Part shown: positions 1 through 9,035 of the stretch, in pieces | How the letters are laid out: every line of letters starts with the position of its first letter | Position numbering within the stretch: the stretch's first letter is position 1 | Notes under the pieces: generated by a model | What the model was told of the DNA's origin: nothing | Databases searched by the model: none | What the model saw: the letters and a program-made list of their open reading frames with translations, nothing else | Virus record (IMG/VR): IMGVR_UViG_3300008110_010375 | Strand: one strand, 5' to 3' | Length of the DNA stretch: 64,000 bases | Source of the DNA: a virus | Made by a program: the position numbers and the translations under genes

Positions 1-2
1 GT

Positions 3-155
3 CAGAAGGCCGTCAAGTCGAAGATCGGCGTCGCGGTTCACACCAAGTACGAAGGAAAGAGCTTGGAAGACATGCACGCTACTCCACACGTTGACCATGA
101 AAACTTCAAGCAGCATAGAGATGTACATCTAATCTCTACACAGGCTAAGATTTAA
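3..155 (+). CDS. 3' end of the N-terminal half of a conserved T4-like ligase-fold protein (DUF6267-like), partial
   Basis: Frame 3 reads QKAVKSKIGVAVHTKYEGKSLEDMHA...DVHLISTQAKI*; KIGVAVHTKY resembles the mid-region of the family whose C-terminal half is 1065-1607. Confidence 0.6.
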   Translation, partial: QKAVKSKIGVAVHTKYEGKSLEDMHATPHVDHENFKQHRDVHLISTQAKI

Positions 156-1072
156 TGGGTGATTGGTCAAAATTAATAACAGTTAACTTTGTAGGTGGTT
201 ATTGTGGAGATTTCATTTGCTCTCTTGTGTATAACAGCTATTATGGCTCTCAAGTAGATTTTTTTAATAGTGTAACCAAAGCTAAATTTAGTCCTAACAT
301 GGCGAGCTTTAAAAATATAGCTTTTGAAGGTGAAGGACTAAGAAACTTTGATATGATTACTAATCTTTATTATAATAATGATTTTTATTCAACGTTCGTT
401 AATGATATCAATAGAGTTAGTGATAATATAGATTTTTTTGATTATGCTTATTCCCATGTTGCAAAAATTTATAGAACTTGTTATGATCCCGACAAACAAA
501 CATTTATTAATAATGTTCTTGACTACTGCAGAAATGTAGTCCCTAGTGATCTAAAAGATTTTACAATTATTACTCATCATTCTACTGATACTAGAATTCC
601 AGAATTCAAATTTAGTAACATTTTTTTAGGATCACATAATATTGCTATTGTTAGCTCTGATTCAAAATTTGACAGATATTTTAGACTTTTAGGATATCAT
701 AAGTTTTATAAAAGATTATATACAGATAGAACATTAAAACAAGCATTTCAACAGATGAGAGCTTTAGAATCAGAATTTTTGATAAGTTGTGAAAGATCTG
801 TTCTTAACGATATGGGTGAAATTAAAATTTACGTAGATAAATTTCTTTTCAGCAATGACTTTACATATGTTAAACAAATGGAAGATATATTTTCTTCTAT
901 AATGGGAAAGCAAATAGTCTTTAACAAAGATGCTATTAAAACATATAGAGAAAACAATAGAAAGATTTATTCACGATACTTAAACATCCCAGAAGATTTT
1001 GATCATGTTGATCCAATCAATGTATCAAAGATAAATGCTTTTATGGATGATGTAGAGGGTAAGAATGTCTAA
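155..1072 (+). CDS. AT-rich hypothetical protein, paralogue of 1586-2308 (possible sulfotransferase/P-loop-like fold)
   Basis: 305 aa; N-terminus MGDWSKLITVNFVGGYCGDFI matches MEDWSKLITINYPHGYHGDFI; strongly A/T-ending codons. Confidence 0.6.
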   Translation: MGDWSKLITVNFVGGYCGDFICSLVYNSYYGSQVDFFNSVTKAKFSPNMASFKNIAFEGEGLRNFDMITNLYYNNDFYSTFVNDINRVSDNIDFFDYAYSHVAKIYRTCYDPDKQTFINNVLDYCRNVVPSDLKDFTIITHHSTDTRIPEFKFSNIFLGSHNIAIVSSDSKFDRYFRLLGYHKFYKRLYTDRTLKQAFQQMRALESEFLISCERSVLNDMGEIKIYVDKFLFSNDFTYVKQMEDIFSSIMGKQIVFNKDAIKTYRENNRKIYSRYLNIPEDFDHVDPINVSKINAFMDDVEGKNV

Positions 1073-1607
1073 TTTAACCAAAGAACACAGTGATGCATTT
1101 GAACATCACATGGCAAAAGCAAAAGAGATTCATGACAAGCAGCCTCATGACTTTCACGACATCGTTGGGAAGCACGCCGAACACATCACGACGTACATAA
1201 ACCAAACGGTGCGCAGCGGTACGAAGCCGACGACCAAGGGTCTTAGGGCACACATCGCGGCTAGACACCAGAAGAACATAGACGCGGTCAGCACACCAGC
1301 GGCCAAGGCGAAGAAGACGGAGTCGATGAACGCCGATCTCGCACATCACGACACCCATGAGCAGCACTTTGTAAACGCTCTCAAGATACACCATCACATC
1401 CAAGCGGCCAAGGACATATTGGTCGACGGTTTGAACAAAGCCTCGAAGCAGCACAACCCACTCGAGCACCACATCGATGGGAAGGAGACGCATCCCGAAG
1501 GCTACGTCGCACATCACAATGGACAGTCGATTAAACTAGTGAACAGGGGCGAGTTCTCACGAGCGAACTTCGCGGCGACTAAAGCATGGAAGACTGGTCA
1601 AAGCTGA
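1065..1607 (+). CDS. C-terminal half of DUF6267-like conserved phage protein
   Basis: PEGYVAH...IKLVNRGEFSRANF C-terminal motif typical of this T4-like family; EGxV and K resemble ligase motifs IV/V. Confidence 0.65.
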   Translation: MSNLTKEHSDAFEHHMAKAKEIHDKQPHDFHDIVGKHAEHITTYINQTVRSGTKPTTKGLRAHIAARHQKNIDAVSTPAAKAKKTESMNADLAHHDTHEQHFVNALKIHHHIQAAKDILVDGLNKASKQHNPLEHHIDGKETHPEGYVAHHNGQSIKLVNRGEFSRANFAATKAWKTGQS

Positions 1608-2308
1608 TCACCATAAACTACCCGCACGGGTACCATGGTGACTTCATCGCATGCCTCATAACCAACACCAAGCCGATTCTCAGCGAGGGCCTCACCGCGA
1701 CCTACACGACTCCAGAGGTGACGTCGTCGTTCGGTGTAAAGAACCTCGATGCGATCGTTGGTATGCACCTAAGCATGGACTGCAGGCACGTCTTATTCGA
1801 TGATGAGTCTGAGTTCGCCAGAAGACAGGTTAACTACTACAGCCAGCTTCACGGCGAAGACTTTAGGCAGAACTTGAAAGAAGACCTTCGCTGGAAGCTC
1901 GATCACCTGCACGGAGTGAAGACGGTCTTCAACACCCACTACTGCAAGCACCAATCTTTCCTTCCGCTGCAAGAGGTGTTTCCCGGATCCCTCAACGTCT
2001 ACCTTACGCTTGAGAACCCCAACAACAAACGAATATATGACTTCTTGTTTGAGCATAAGATACTGCACCACTACAGAAACATGACGGCGTATAGGTTCTA
2101 TAGAAACCATCACAGCGATCCTCGAGACGCCGAGAAACCCATATACGTCGACAGGCTCATGGCCGAAGATGGATACGTGTACGCGAAGATCGTTGAGCAC
2201 ATGTTCGACAGCTGGTTCGACCTCGAGGCCTTAAGCGAATACAAGCGACTGAACAAAGAACTACTTCTACAGAATGGATACGAATATGAAGCTCTTGATC
2301 ACTGGTAA
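1586..2308 (+). CDS. Hypothetical protein (WSKLIT-N-x-x-GY-x-GDFI family)
   Basis: 240 aa, phage-typical codon usage, paralogous to 155-1072. Confidence 0.6.
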   Translation: MEDWSKLITINYPHGYHGDFIACLITNTKPILSEGLTATYTTPEVTSSFGVKNLDAIVGMHLSMDCRHVLFDDESEFARRQVNYYSQLHGEDFRQNLKEDLRWKLDHLHGVKTVFNTHYCKHQSFLPLQEVFPGSLNVYLTLENPNNKRIYDFLFEHKILHHYRNMTAYRFYRNHHSDPRDAEKPIYVDRLMAEDGYVYAKIVEHMFDSWFDLEALSEYKRLNKELLLQNGYEYEALDHW

Positions 2309-2852
2309 CCCTGAGTTCGGTCTAGCCAGAGCGCTGCATGAGATATACCCCGACGCCGATTTTATAAGCAGGAAGACCGGTCACGACCTATGTAAGAAGG
2401 AGCATAGGCGATGGGTCGCCGTCGAGTGCATCGGGTACGACGTCTTAATAAACAACTCCGCCCTACACGAGTTCAACCAGACCCTATTGCTCGAGGAGGT
2501 GTACACCGCCGCTCTGAAGTACAGCCATAACCTGCACATCATAAACATCGGCAGCACCACGGACAAAACGAACTCATCGCGCGTCTGGATGTACAACGCC
2601 GAGAAGAAGGCGCTCAGGGACGTCAACAACACGATGGGTCTCGCGGCAAACTGGAGGAAGGATGAGGGGCCTAAGGTGACCTACATAAGCTTCGGTACGC
2701 TATCGAACAACCAGCACAAGCACCCCGATCGCAGGTGCATAGACATCGAGCAGGCGGCGAGGTATATAAAGTGGGTGGTGGATCAACCCAAGTACTTGTC
2801 TATAAATGAGTTGAGCATCGACAGGATGCAGAGTGACACATGGATCAGCTGA
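2274..2852 (+). CDS. Short-chain dehydrogenase/reductase (SDR)-like protein
   Basis: LITGNPEFGLA Rossmann motif, LINNS, INIGS, YNAEK (YxxxK). Confidence 0.75.
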   Translation: MDTNMKLLITGNPEFGLARALHEIYPDADFISRKTGHDLCKKEHRRWVAVECIGYDVLINNSALHEFNQTLLLEEVYTAALKYSHNLHIINIGSTTDKTNSSRVWMYNAEKKALRDVNNTMGLAANWRKDEGPKVTYISFGTLSNNQHKHPDRRCIDIEQAARYIKWVVDQPKYLSINELSIDRMQSDTWIS

Positions 2853-3949
2853 GCTGGAGCAACTACGACTTCACCAAGATACCGTTCGACAGGATCGTGA
2901 AGGTCGGTCAGCGAACGATGCTGTATCGCGATATGTTCGTGGTGAGCTGGATCCTTGGTAGGTTCTGCAACTACAACTGCTCCTACTGCTGGCCGTACGC
3001 AAACAGCCGCACCAAGGATCACCGACCGACCGAGCTCTGCCTCAAGACGATCGATGAGATCAAGCGCCAGTCGCGAAGGAACGGCTTCAACAGCTACCAC
3101 TTCAGCTTGTCGGGAGGCGAGCCGACCTTCCATCCGGGATACCTAGACATACTTCAGCACCTAGCCGACGACGTCCCAAACTGCAACTACACCTCGGTCC
3201 ACATGACGTCGAACTGCTCGCAGAGCATGAAGTTCTTTGAGAAGTACGTTCGCATCGCGTCGAACTTCAACCGAGCGTCGGTGACCGCGAGCTTTCACAA
3301 GGAGCACCTCAACACGCCTGAGAAGGTCGCGGAGTTCGCCGACAAGCTTGAGTTCTTTCAGAGCTGGGACATACAGGTCACGATCAACATGGTCATGGTG
3401 CCGCAGTGGTTCTATGAGCTCTACGACGAGGCGATGTACTTCCACGATCGCGGGATCAACGTCACGCTCAAGCCGCAGAGCGACCCTAAGGCTTCGGTCG
3501 TCGTTCCGGGATACACCGACCACATGCTGCAGATCCTATGGAACGGGATGCCGCAGAGGTTCTTCACCGACACCAAGAAGAAGTTCATCAGGCCCAAGCC
3601 TAAGAAGCCCTTGGAAGACATCGCGATTGAGAACGACAACAAGGTTCCTCAGGACTTTCAGGTCGAGCTCACCGACGAGCTCGGGAACAAGTGGTACATG
3701 GATCAGTCGGAGAGGTTCAACGCCTTCAACTTCAATAAGTTCGAGGGATGGATGTGCAACTCAGGATACCAGTCCTGCATCATCCGCGAGCCCGATGGGT
3801 CGATCAAGAGAAGCTACAGCTGCCACGACAAGCCGCTCGGAAACATCGAGACCGGATTCGAGCTCTTTCCTAAACCGGTCATATGCACGACCAAGACCTG
3901 CGTCTCAAGCGCGGACAGCAAGATACCAAAGAGGTTGATGAATGTCTAA
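2840..3949 (+). CDS. Radical SAM protein with C-terminal Cys-rich (SPASM/twitch-like) region
   Basis: CNYNCSYC (CxxxCxxC), SGGEPT, C-terminal CNSG...C...CTTKTC. Confidence 0.85.
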   Translation: MDQLSWSNYDFTKIPFDRIVKVGQRTMLYRDMFVVSWILGRFCNYNCSYCWPYANSRTKDHRPTELCLKTIDEIKRQSRRNGFNSYHFSLSGGEPTFHPGYLDILQHLADDVPNCNYTSVHMTSNCSQSMKFFEKYVRIASNFNRASVTASFHKEHLNTPEKVAEFADKLEFFQSWDIQVTINMVMVPQWFYELYDEAMYFHDRGINVTLKPQSDPKASVVVPGYTDHMLQILWNGMPQRFFTDTKKKFIRPKPKKPLEDIAIENDNKVPQDFQVELTDELGNKWYMDQSERFNAFNFNKFEGWMCNSGYQSCIIREPDGSIKRSYSCHDKPLGNIETGFELFPKPVICTTKTCVSSADSKIPKRLMNV

Positions 3950-4613
3950 CCAACAGTTTACGGTGAAGCAAGTTCCCGGATACGAAGCAAAAGTCAGGCG
4001 TGAGAAGATCGACGACGTCGATGAGTGGCTCTGGCCTTGGGACGACCAAGGCCTATGGCTCGGGCCGAGTCAGGAGTGGTCACCGATCAAGGAGCTGATC
4101 CTTGAACACTGCCCATCTAGACATACGGTGTTGCAGGCCGGAGGCGCCTGCGGCATGTACCCGAGGCTGCTGTCGAACATATTCGAGCGGGTGGTGACGT
4201 TCGAGCCCGATCCGATCAACTTCTTCTTCCTATCGCACAACTGCAAGGACAAGCGCATCACCAAGATCAACGGGGTCTTAGGCAACGAGAACAGGTGGTC
4301 AACCTTCTGCTACCCAGCGGAAAACAACCGAGGAACCGGATCGATCAACTTCAACGCCGACGATCCTACGGCCGGCGACACCGTGATGTTCCGCGGGGAC
4401 AGCATGGTCTTTAAGAAGCTTGACCTGATCTACCTCGACATCGAGGGCGGAGAGTACAATGCAATCACAGGATTGATAAATACAATTAGACTACATAAAC
4501 CCGTAATCATATGTGAAAACGCGCACGCCGGACCATTAGACTACCTGACTCAGTTCGGATACAAGGCGATCGCGCGATCTCACTCAGACACCCTAATGAA
4601 GATCGAAGAATGA
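3942..4613 (+). CDS. FkbM-family methyltransferase
   Basis: LQAGGACG, FEPDP, LIYLDIEGGE, KPVIICE. Confidence 0.8.
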   Translation: MSNQQFTVKQVPGYEAKVRREKIDDVDEWLWPWDDQGLWLGPSQEWSPIKELILEHCPSRHTVLQAGGACGMYPRLLSNIFERVVTFEPDPINFFFLSHNCKDKRITKINGVLGNENRWSTFCYPAENNRGTGSINFNADDPTAGDTVMFRGDSMVFKKLDLIYLDIEGGEYNAITGLINTIRLHKPVIICENAHAGPLDYLTQFGYKAIARSHSDTLMKIEE

Positions 4614-6586
4614 GCACTAACGACACCGGAACTTCAGGGTCCCCTAAGGGCAGCAAGAAGCTTCAAGCTCGAAAGGTCAATGACGACATTGAGAAGAAGG
4701 GTGCCACGATCAGCGGCGGGAAGCCTAACCCGATCAACATCAATCCGGTTCAGGAGCAGGCCGAGCAGACGGCCGTCACAAACCTCAACATGAGGGCGCA
4801 GCCTCTCCATAAAGGGCACGTCAAAGTCATACAGGCGGTCGAGGACGAAGCCAAGCGCGTCGGCGGATCGGCCCACATCGTCACCTCGCACTCAGAGGGC
4901 GACGAGAAGAACCCGATTCCCGTGTCTAAGAAGATGAGCTACCTGCGCAAGGTGGCCTCCCAAGGCACGCACGTCATGTCGACGTCTAGGGAAGCACCGA
5001 GCCCGCTTCACACCGCGGCGCGTCTCAACAGGCACGCCCACCACCTAGTCGTGGTCGCGGGCAGCGATCGCGCCGGCGAGTACGAGAAGCTTCTCAACAA
5101 GTACAACGGTAAAGAGGGCCCTCACGGGTACTACAACTTCAAGTCGATCAAGGTCAAGTCGATAGGACGCGATCCCGACGCCGAGGGAACCGAGGGGATC
5201 TCCGGCACCAAGATGCGTGAGCACGCCAAGAGCGGGAACATCTCCGGATTCAAAGCGGGACTTCCACCTGAGCTGCACCAGCACGCGGAGGAGATGATGA
5301 GCGACATCAACAAATCAAGCAAGAAGAAGGTCAGGGAGAGCGTTGATGAGACGTTCACCGAGAAGTTCATCGACACAGCGGACACCGAGAAAGTTCTCGA
5401 AGCGATCGAGACCGCACACCGCGAAGCCCTCGCCCGCAGGGGAGACAGGAAGAAGCTCGAGTACGTCGCGCGCAAGGACCAAGATCGCAAGACGAGCTCG
5501 GTGCCGTATCGCCAAGACTCGATAAAGAAGCAGATCGTCGACGAGGACGCGCTCAACGTTTCCCTCAACAACAAGTTCAAGACCGCTTCGACACCTAAGC
5601 TTCCGAATACAAAAGACTTCAATCCATCCATGTTCAAAGACAAACCAGCGGGCGCGAAGATGCCGAACACCAAAGACTTCAACCCACCGATGTTCAACAA
5701 GGAAGCCTACGGCAAGGGATACAAATCGCCCGCGGACAAGATCGCCGCTGCCGCTAAGAGGTTGGGAAAGAAGGACCCGCTTCAGGGCATGGCTGACGCC
5801 GCTGAGAGGCTCAAGCAGAACGCCGCCGACTATCAGAAGATAGTCGATAAAGACAAGAAGAACGAAGAGGTCGAGCGTGTCGATGAAGTCTCAAAAGAAT
5901 TGATAGGTCAAGTGAACAAGAAGCGCACCCTGCAGAACATCCCGTCGAAGACTAAGAAGGCTTCCGACGTCCTCAACCGCGGTCTCATGCGCGCGGCTGG
6001 AATCAAGCCGCCGGTTCAGAAGGAAGAAGCCGTCGAAGAGGAGCGCAAGGGTCTTTGGGCGAACATCTGGGCTAGGCGCCGCGCCGGCAAGCGGATGCGC
6101 AAGCCCGGTGAAAAGGGCGCGCCGTCGGCTGAAGCTTTGAAGTCGGCTCAAGAGTCGATTGAGATCGATGAAGCGGCGAGCGCAGGTTTAGCGGCTAAGG
6201 CGAGCAAGTCGGGCATATCACTCTCTACGCTACAGAAAGTCTACCGCCGCGGCGTGGCTGCATGGAACTCAGGACACCGTCCCGGCACCACACCACAGCA
6301 GTGGGGCATGGCTCGAGTCAACTCCTACATCGCCAAGGGCAAGGGAACATACGGCGGCGCCGACAAAGACCTTCACGAGATGGAGGAGAACTACTCTTCC
6401 AGCAACCCAAAGTACCACGCGGGATTAAGCGCGTCGACAAAAGCGGCACGCGTCGCACACTGGAAGCGTGCCGACAAGATGTCTGATCGCGATCCACGTG
6501 CTTACGAGCCAGCGCCGGGTGATAAGACCGCGAAGACGAAACCAAGCAAGTACACGAAAGCGTACCACAAGAAGTACGGAGACTGA
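4610..6586 (+). CDS. Cytidyltransferase-like (HxGH) domain fused to several small basic modules; putative internal head polyprotein
   Basis: RAQPLHKGH, VAGSDR, ISGTKMR; downstream PNTKDFNP tandem, GLWANI, VYRRGVAAW...WGMARVNSY modules. Confidence 0.75.
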   Translation: MSTNDTGTSGSPKGSKKLQARKVNDDIEKKGATISGGKPNPININPVQEQAEQTAVTNLNMRAQPLHKGHVKVIQAVEDEAKRVGGSAHIVTSHSEGDEKNPIPVSKKMSYLRKVASQGTHVMSTSREAPSPLHTAARLNRHAHHLVVVAGSDRAGEYEKLLNKYNGKEGPHGYYNFKSIKVKSIGRDPDAEGTEGISGTKMREHAKSGNISGFKAGLPPELHQHAEEMMSDINKSSKKKVRESVDETFTEKFIDTADTEKVLEAIETAHREALARRGDRKKLEYVARKDQDRKTSSVPYRQDSIKKQIVDEDALNVSLNNKFKTASTPKLPNTKDFNPSMFKDKPAGAKMPNTKDFNPPMFNKEAYGKGYKSPADKIAAAAKRLGKKDPLQGMADAAERLKQNAADYQKIVDKDKKNEEVERVDEVSKELIGQVNKKRTLQNIPSKTKKASDVLNRGLMRAAGIKPPVQKEEAVEEERKGLWANIWARRRAGKRMRKPGEKGAPSAEALKSAQESIEIDEAASAGLAAKASKSGISLSTLQKVYRRGVAAWNSGHRPGTTPQQWGMARVNSYIAKGKGTYGGADKDLHEMEENYSSSNPKYHAGLSASTKAARVAHWKRADKMSDRDPRAYEPAPGDKTAKTKPSKYTKAYHKKYGD

Positions 6587-6587
6587 C

Positions 6588-6929
6588 ATGAAGACCTTTA
6601 AACAGTTCAAGGAAGAGGGCTGTGGCGACGACTGCGAGTGCAGGAAAGAGGGCATCGATGAAGCCGCCGTCGACTCAAAGGGCTTCCGCAGCTCAACCGG
6701 CGGCTTGACCCAGAAGGGCCGCGACTACTACAACCGTAAGACCGGCGGCAACCTTCAGGCGCCTGTGACGACCAAGCCGTCGAAGCTCAAGAAGGGATCG
6801 AAGGCTGCCAACCGTCGCAAGTCCTTCTGCGCCCGCATGGGTGGCATGAAGAAGCGCTTGACATCGGCGAAGACCGCGCGCGATCCAGACTCACGGATCA
6901 ACAAAGCGTTGAGAAAGTGGAACTGCTGA
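6588..6929 (+). CDS. Small basic conserved phage protein (RRKSFCARM family), putative internal head protein
   Basis: Starts MKTFKQFKEE, like the T4 internal-protein capsid-targeting sequence; AANRRKSFCARMGG...RINKALRKWNC. Confidence 0.7.
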   Translation: MKTFKQFKEEGCGDDCECRKEGIDEAAVDSKGFRSSTGGLTQKGRDYYNRKTGGNLQAPVTTKPSKLKKGSKAANRRKSFCARMGGMKKRLTSAKTARDPDSRINKALRKWNC

Positions 6930-7111
6930 TGAAGACCTTCAAGTCTTACGTATCTAAGCTTTCAGTGCCGGCAGGAACAACCGGAAAGCGAAGGGAGTGG
7001 AACCCTCCCCTCGTCGGCGTGCGCATGGCCGATGGTAAGATAAAGAAGCTCCCTCCCGGAAAGAGCGGTAGCTCAGGCGGCGGCGGTGCCGGAAACGGTG
7101 GAGGCGACTGA
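6929..7111 (+). CDS. Small basic protein, MKTFKSY N-terminus
   Basis: TGATG coupling to the upstream stop; Gly-rich tail. Confidence 0.55.
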   Translation: MKTFKSYVSKLSVPAGTTGKRREWNPPLVGVRMADGKIKKLPPGKSGSSGGGGAGNGGGD

Positions 7112-8451
7112 TGGCACAGTTTAGGAAAGACACACACAAATACTTAGGCGACGGAACCACCATCTTTGAGGTGATGATGCTCGCCGATCAGTACGGTAAC
7201 CTCGTAGGTCCTGCAAACCCTTCAGGCATGGCGGTCGATGCATTTGGCCGTGCACGCATGTCGACTCCTCTTACGCTGTTTGATTCTTCCCATCGCTACA
7301 AAGACAACGGACTTTGGTCAACTTCCAACACATCTACTGCAACATACAGTTTCAATGCAAACGCTGGGTTGATTGAACTTAACTTGGACACGACCGCGAA
7401 CGCTGAGATCATCAGAGAAACCACCAAGGTATTTTCTTACCAGCCGGGAAAGTCCCTTCAGTCGCTTCACACCTTCGTATTCAACACTGCTAAGTCTGGG
7501 CTGCGGCAAAGGGTTGGATACTTTGGTGCGCTGCGGCAAAGGGTTGGATACTTTGGTGCACAGAACGGTATATTCTTGGAGCAGGATGGAACCAACGTAT
7601 ACTTCGTGGAGAGGTCTTACGTCGAAGGTTCCGTATCTGAAACTAGGGTGGCTCAAGCTAACTGGAACATCGATACGCTTCTCGGCGCCGTTTCATCGAG
7701 CCCATCTCAAATCACTCTTGATCTAACGAAAGCGCAGATCTTATTCATAGACATCGAGTGGCTTGGTCTTGGAACCATTAGGTGTGGATTCGTCATCGAT
7801 GGGCGGTTGATACACTGTCATTCTTTCCATCACGCCAATCAAATTCAATCTACATACATGACGACTGGCTCGCTTCCGGTCCGCTATGAGATCAAGAATA
7901 CGACTGCCACCGCCAGCAACAGTATGTTGAAGCAGGTTTGCACATCCGTCATCTCCGAGGGTGGATATGAGCTAAGGGGTCAGCAGGAATCAATCGGCAC
8001 GGCTATCACTGCTCCAAAAACCCTTACGGTCGCTGGAACATTTTATCCGGTGGTTTCAATCAGATTGAAGTCAGATCGCCTAGATAGTATAGTGATCCTA
8101 ACTGCAACTTCGATGCTCGGCCTTGGAAACGGTTTAAACTTCAACTGGCGAGTCATTCAGGGCGGCACTGTCACCACAGCGGCATGGACCGACTACGGTG
8201 CAAACTCCGCTGTCGAGTATACCATATCGGGCACCGCGATCAGCGGCGGAAGAGTGCTTGCTTCTGGTTTCATTAACTCATCTAACCAAGGGTCGCCTTC
8301 GCTCGATATTCTAAAAGAAGCTCTGTTTAAGTTCCAGCTTGAAAGAAACGGAATAACAGGTACACCTGAATCATTAACTTTCGCCGTAGCGGCAGACACT
8401 CCCACGAGCAACTGCTACGCATCTTTTGACTGGGAAGAGATATCAAGGTAA
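7111..8451 (+). CDS. Putative virion structural protein
   Basis: 446 aa beta-rich; DAFGR, YQPGKS, EWLGLG motifs; ends WEEISR. Confidence 0.6.
   Translation: MAQFRKDTHKYLGDGTTIFEVMMLADQYGNLVGPANPSGMAVDAFGRARMSTPLTLFDSSHRYKDNGLWSTSNTSTATYSFNANAGLIELNLDTTANAEIIRETTKVFSYQPGKSLQSLHTFVFNTAKSGLRQRVGYFGALRQRVGYFGAQNGIFLEQDGTNVYFVERSYVEGSVSETRVAQANWNIDTLLGAVSSSPSQITLDLTKAQILFIDIEWLGLGTIRCGFVIDGRLIHCHSFHHANQIQSTYMTTGSLPVRYEIKNTTATASNSMLKQVCTSVISEGGYELRGQQESIGTAITAPKTLTVAGTFYPVVSIRLKSDRLDSIVILTATSMLGLGNGLNFNWRVIQGGTVTTAAWTDYGANSAVEYTISGTAISGGRVLASGFINSSNQGSPSLDILKEALFKFQLERNGITGTPESLTFAVAADTPTSNCYASFDWEEISR
7501..7560 (+). repeat. 30-nt tandem duplication (LRQRVGYFGA x2)
   Basis: ctgcggcaaagggttggatactttggtgc(g/a) repeated head-to-tail in frame. 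Confidence 0.95.
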
Positions 8452-8455
8452 AAAC

Positions 8456-8884
8456 ATGCTTATAGATCAGATGAAAGTCATTCACGCAACAAACTTCTCA
8501 TTCTACTTGAAAGCTCAATTCTTTCATTGGAACGTCGAGGGTCCGTTCTTTTCCCAGCTTCATGAGCTGTTTGCCGGCATCTACGAAGACAGTTTCGGCG
8601 CGGTCGATAAGATCGCCGAGGAGATCAGAGCTATAAAGGGATACGCACCGGGATCGTTCACCCGCTTCGCACAGGATTCAAAGATCAAGGATCAAGTCGA
8701 CGTCGTCCCCGCGATGGACATGGTCAAGACTTTGCTCGCGGACAATGACCTGCTCATAGTCGAGCTCGCGAAGGGCCAGAAGATGGCTGAGGTAGAGGGT
8801 GAGCTGGGTCTCGCCAACTACCTGCAGGACCGCTTAGACGCACACAAGAAGCACGGATGGATGCTTAGGGCAACATCGAAATGA
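8456..8884 (+). CDS. dps: Dps/ferritin-like protein
   Basis: FHWNVEGPFFSQLHELF, DKIAEEIR, HKKHGWML. Confidence 0.9.
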   Translation: MLIDQMKVIHATNFSFYLKAQFFHWNVEGPFFSQLHELFAGIYEDSFGAVDKIAEEIRAIKGYAPGSFTRFAQDSKIKDQVDVVPAMDMVKTLLADNDLLIVELAKGQKMAEVEGELGLANYLQDRLDAHKKHGWMLRATSK

Positions 8885-8930
8885 CCGAACCTGAAGCGAA
8901 TACGTCTCCTAAGGCCAAGGAAGATCATGC

Positions 8931-8938
8931 TATAAATA
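8931..8938 (+). promoter_or_regulatory. T4-type late promoter TATAAATA
   Basis: Exact consensus upstream of structural gene 9036. Confidence 0.7.
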
Positions 8939-9035
8939 AAGATATGATCAAACCTAAACACATCAAGACAGATAAACGTGTTTTTTATAAATCTTCAATC
9001 TATGTTCGAGATTTATTAGGAGAAGGAAAGTAACA

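Noticed and set aside
155-1072. Group I intron or homing endonuclease
   Set aside because: The ORF fills the whole insert, leaving no room for a ribozyme core, and no nuclease motifs are recognisable
8881-9033. Possible 50-aa ORF between dps and 9036
   Set aside because: AT-rich, spans the late promoter and RBS of the next gene, with no supporting motif
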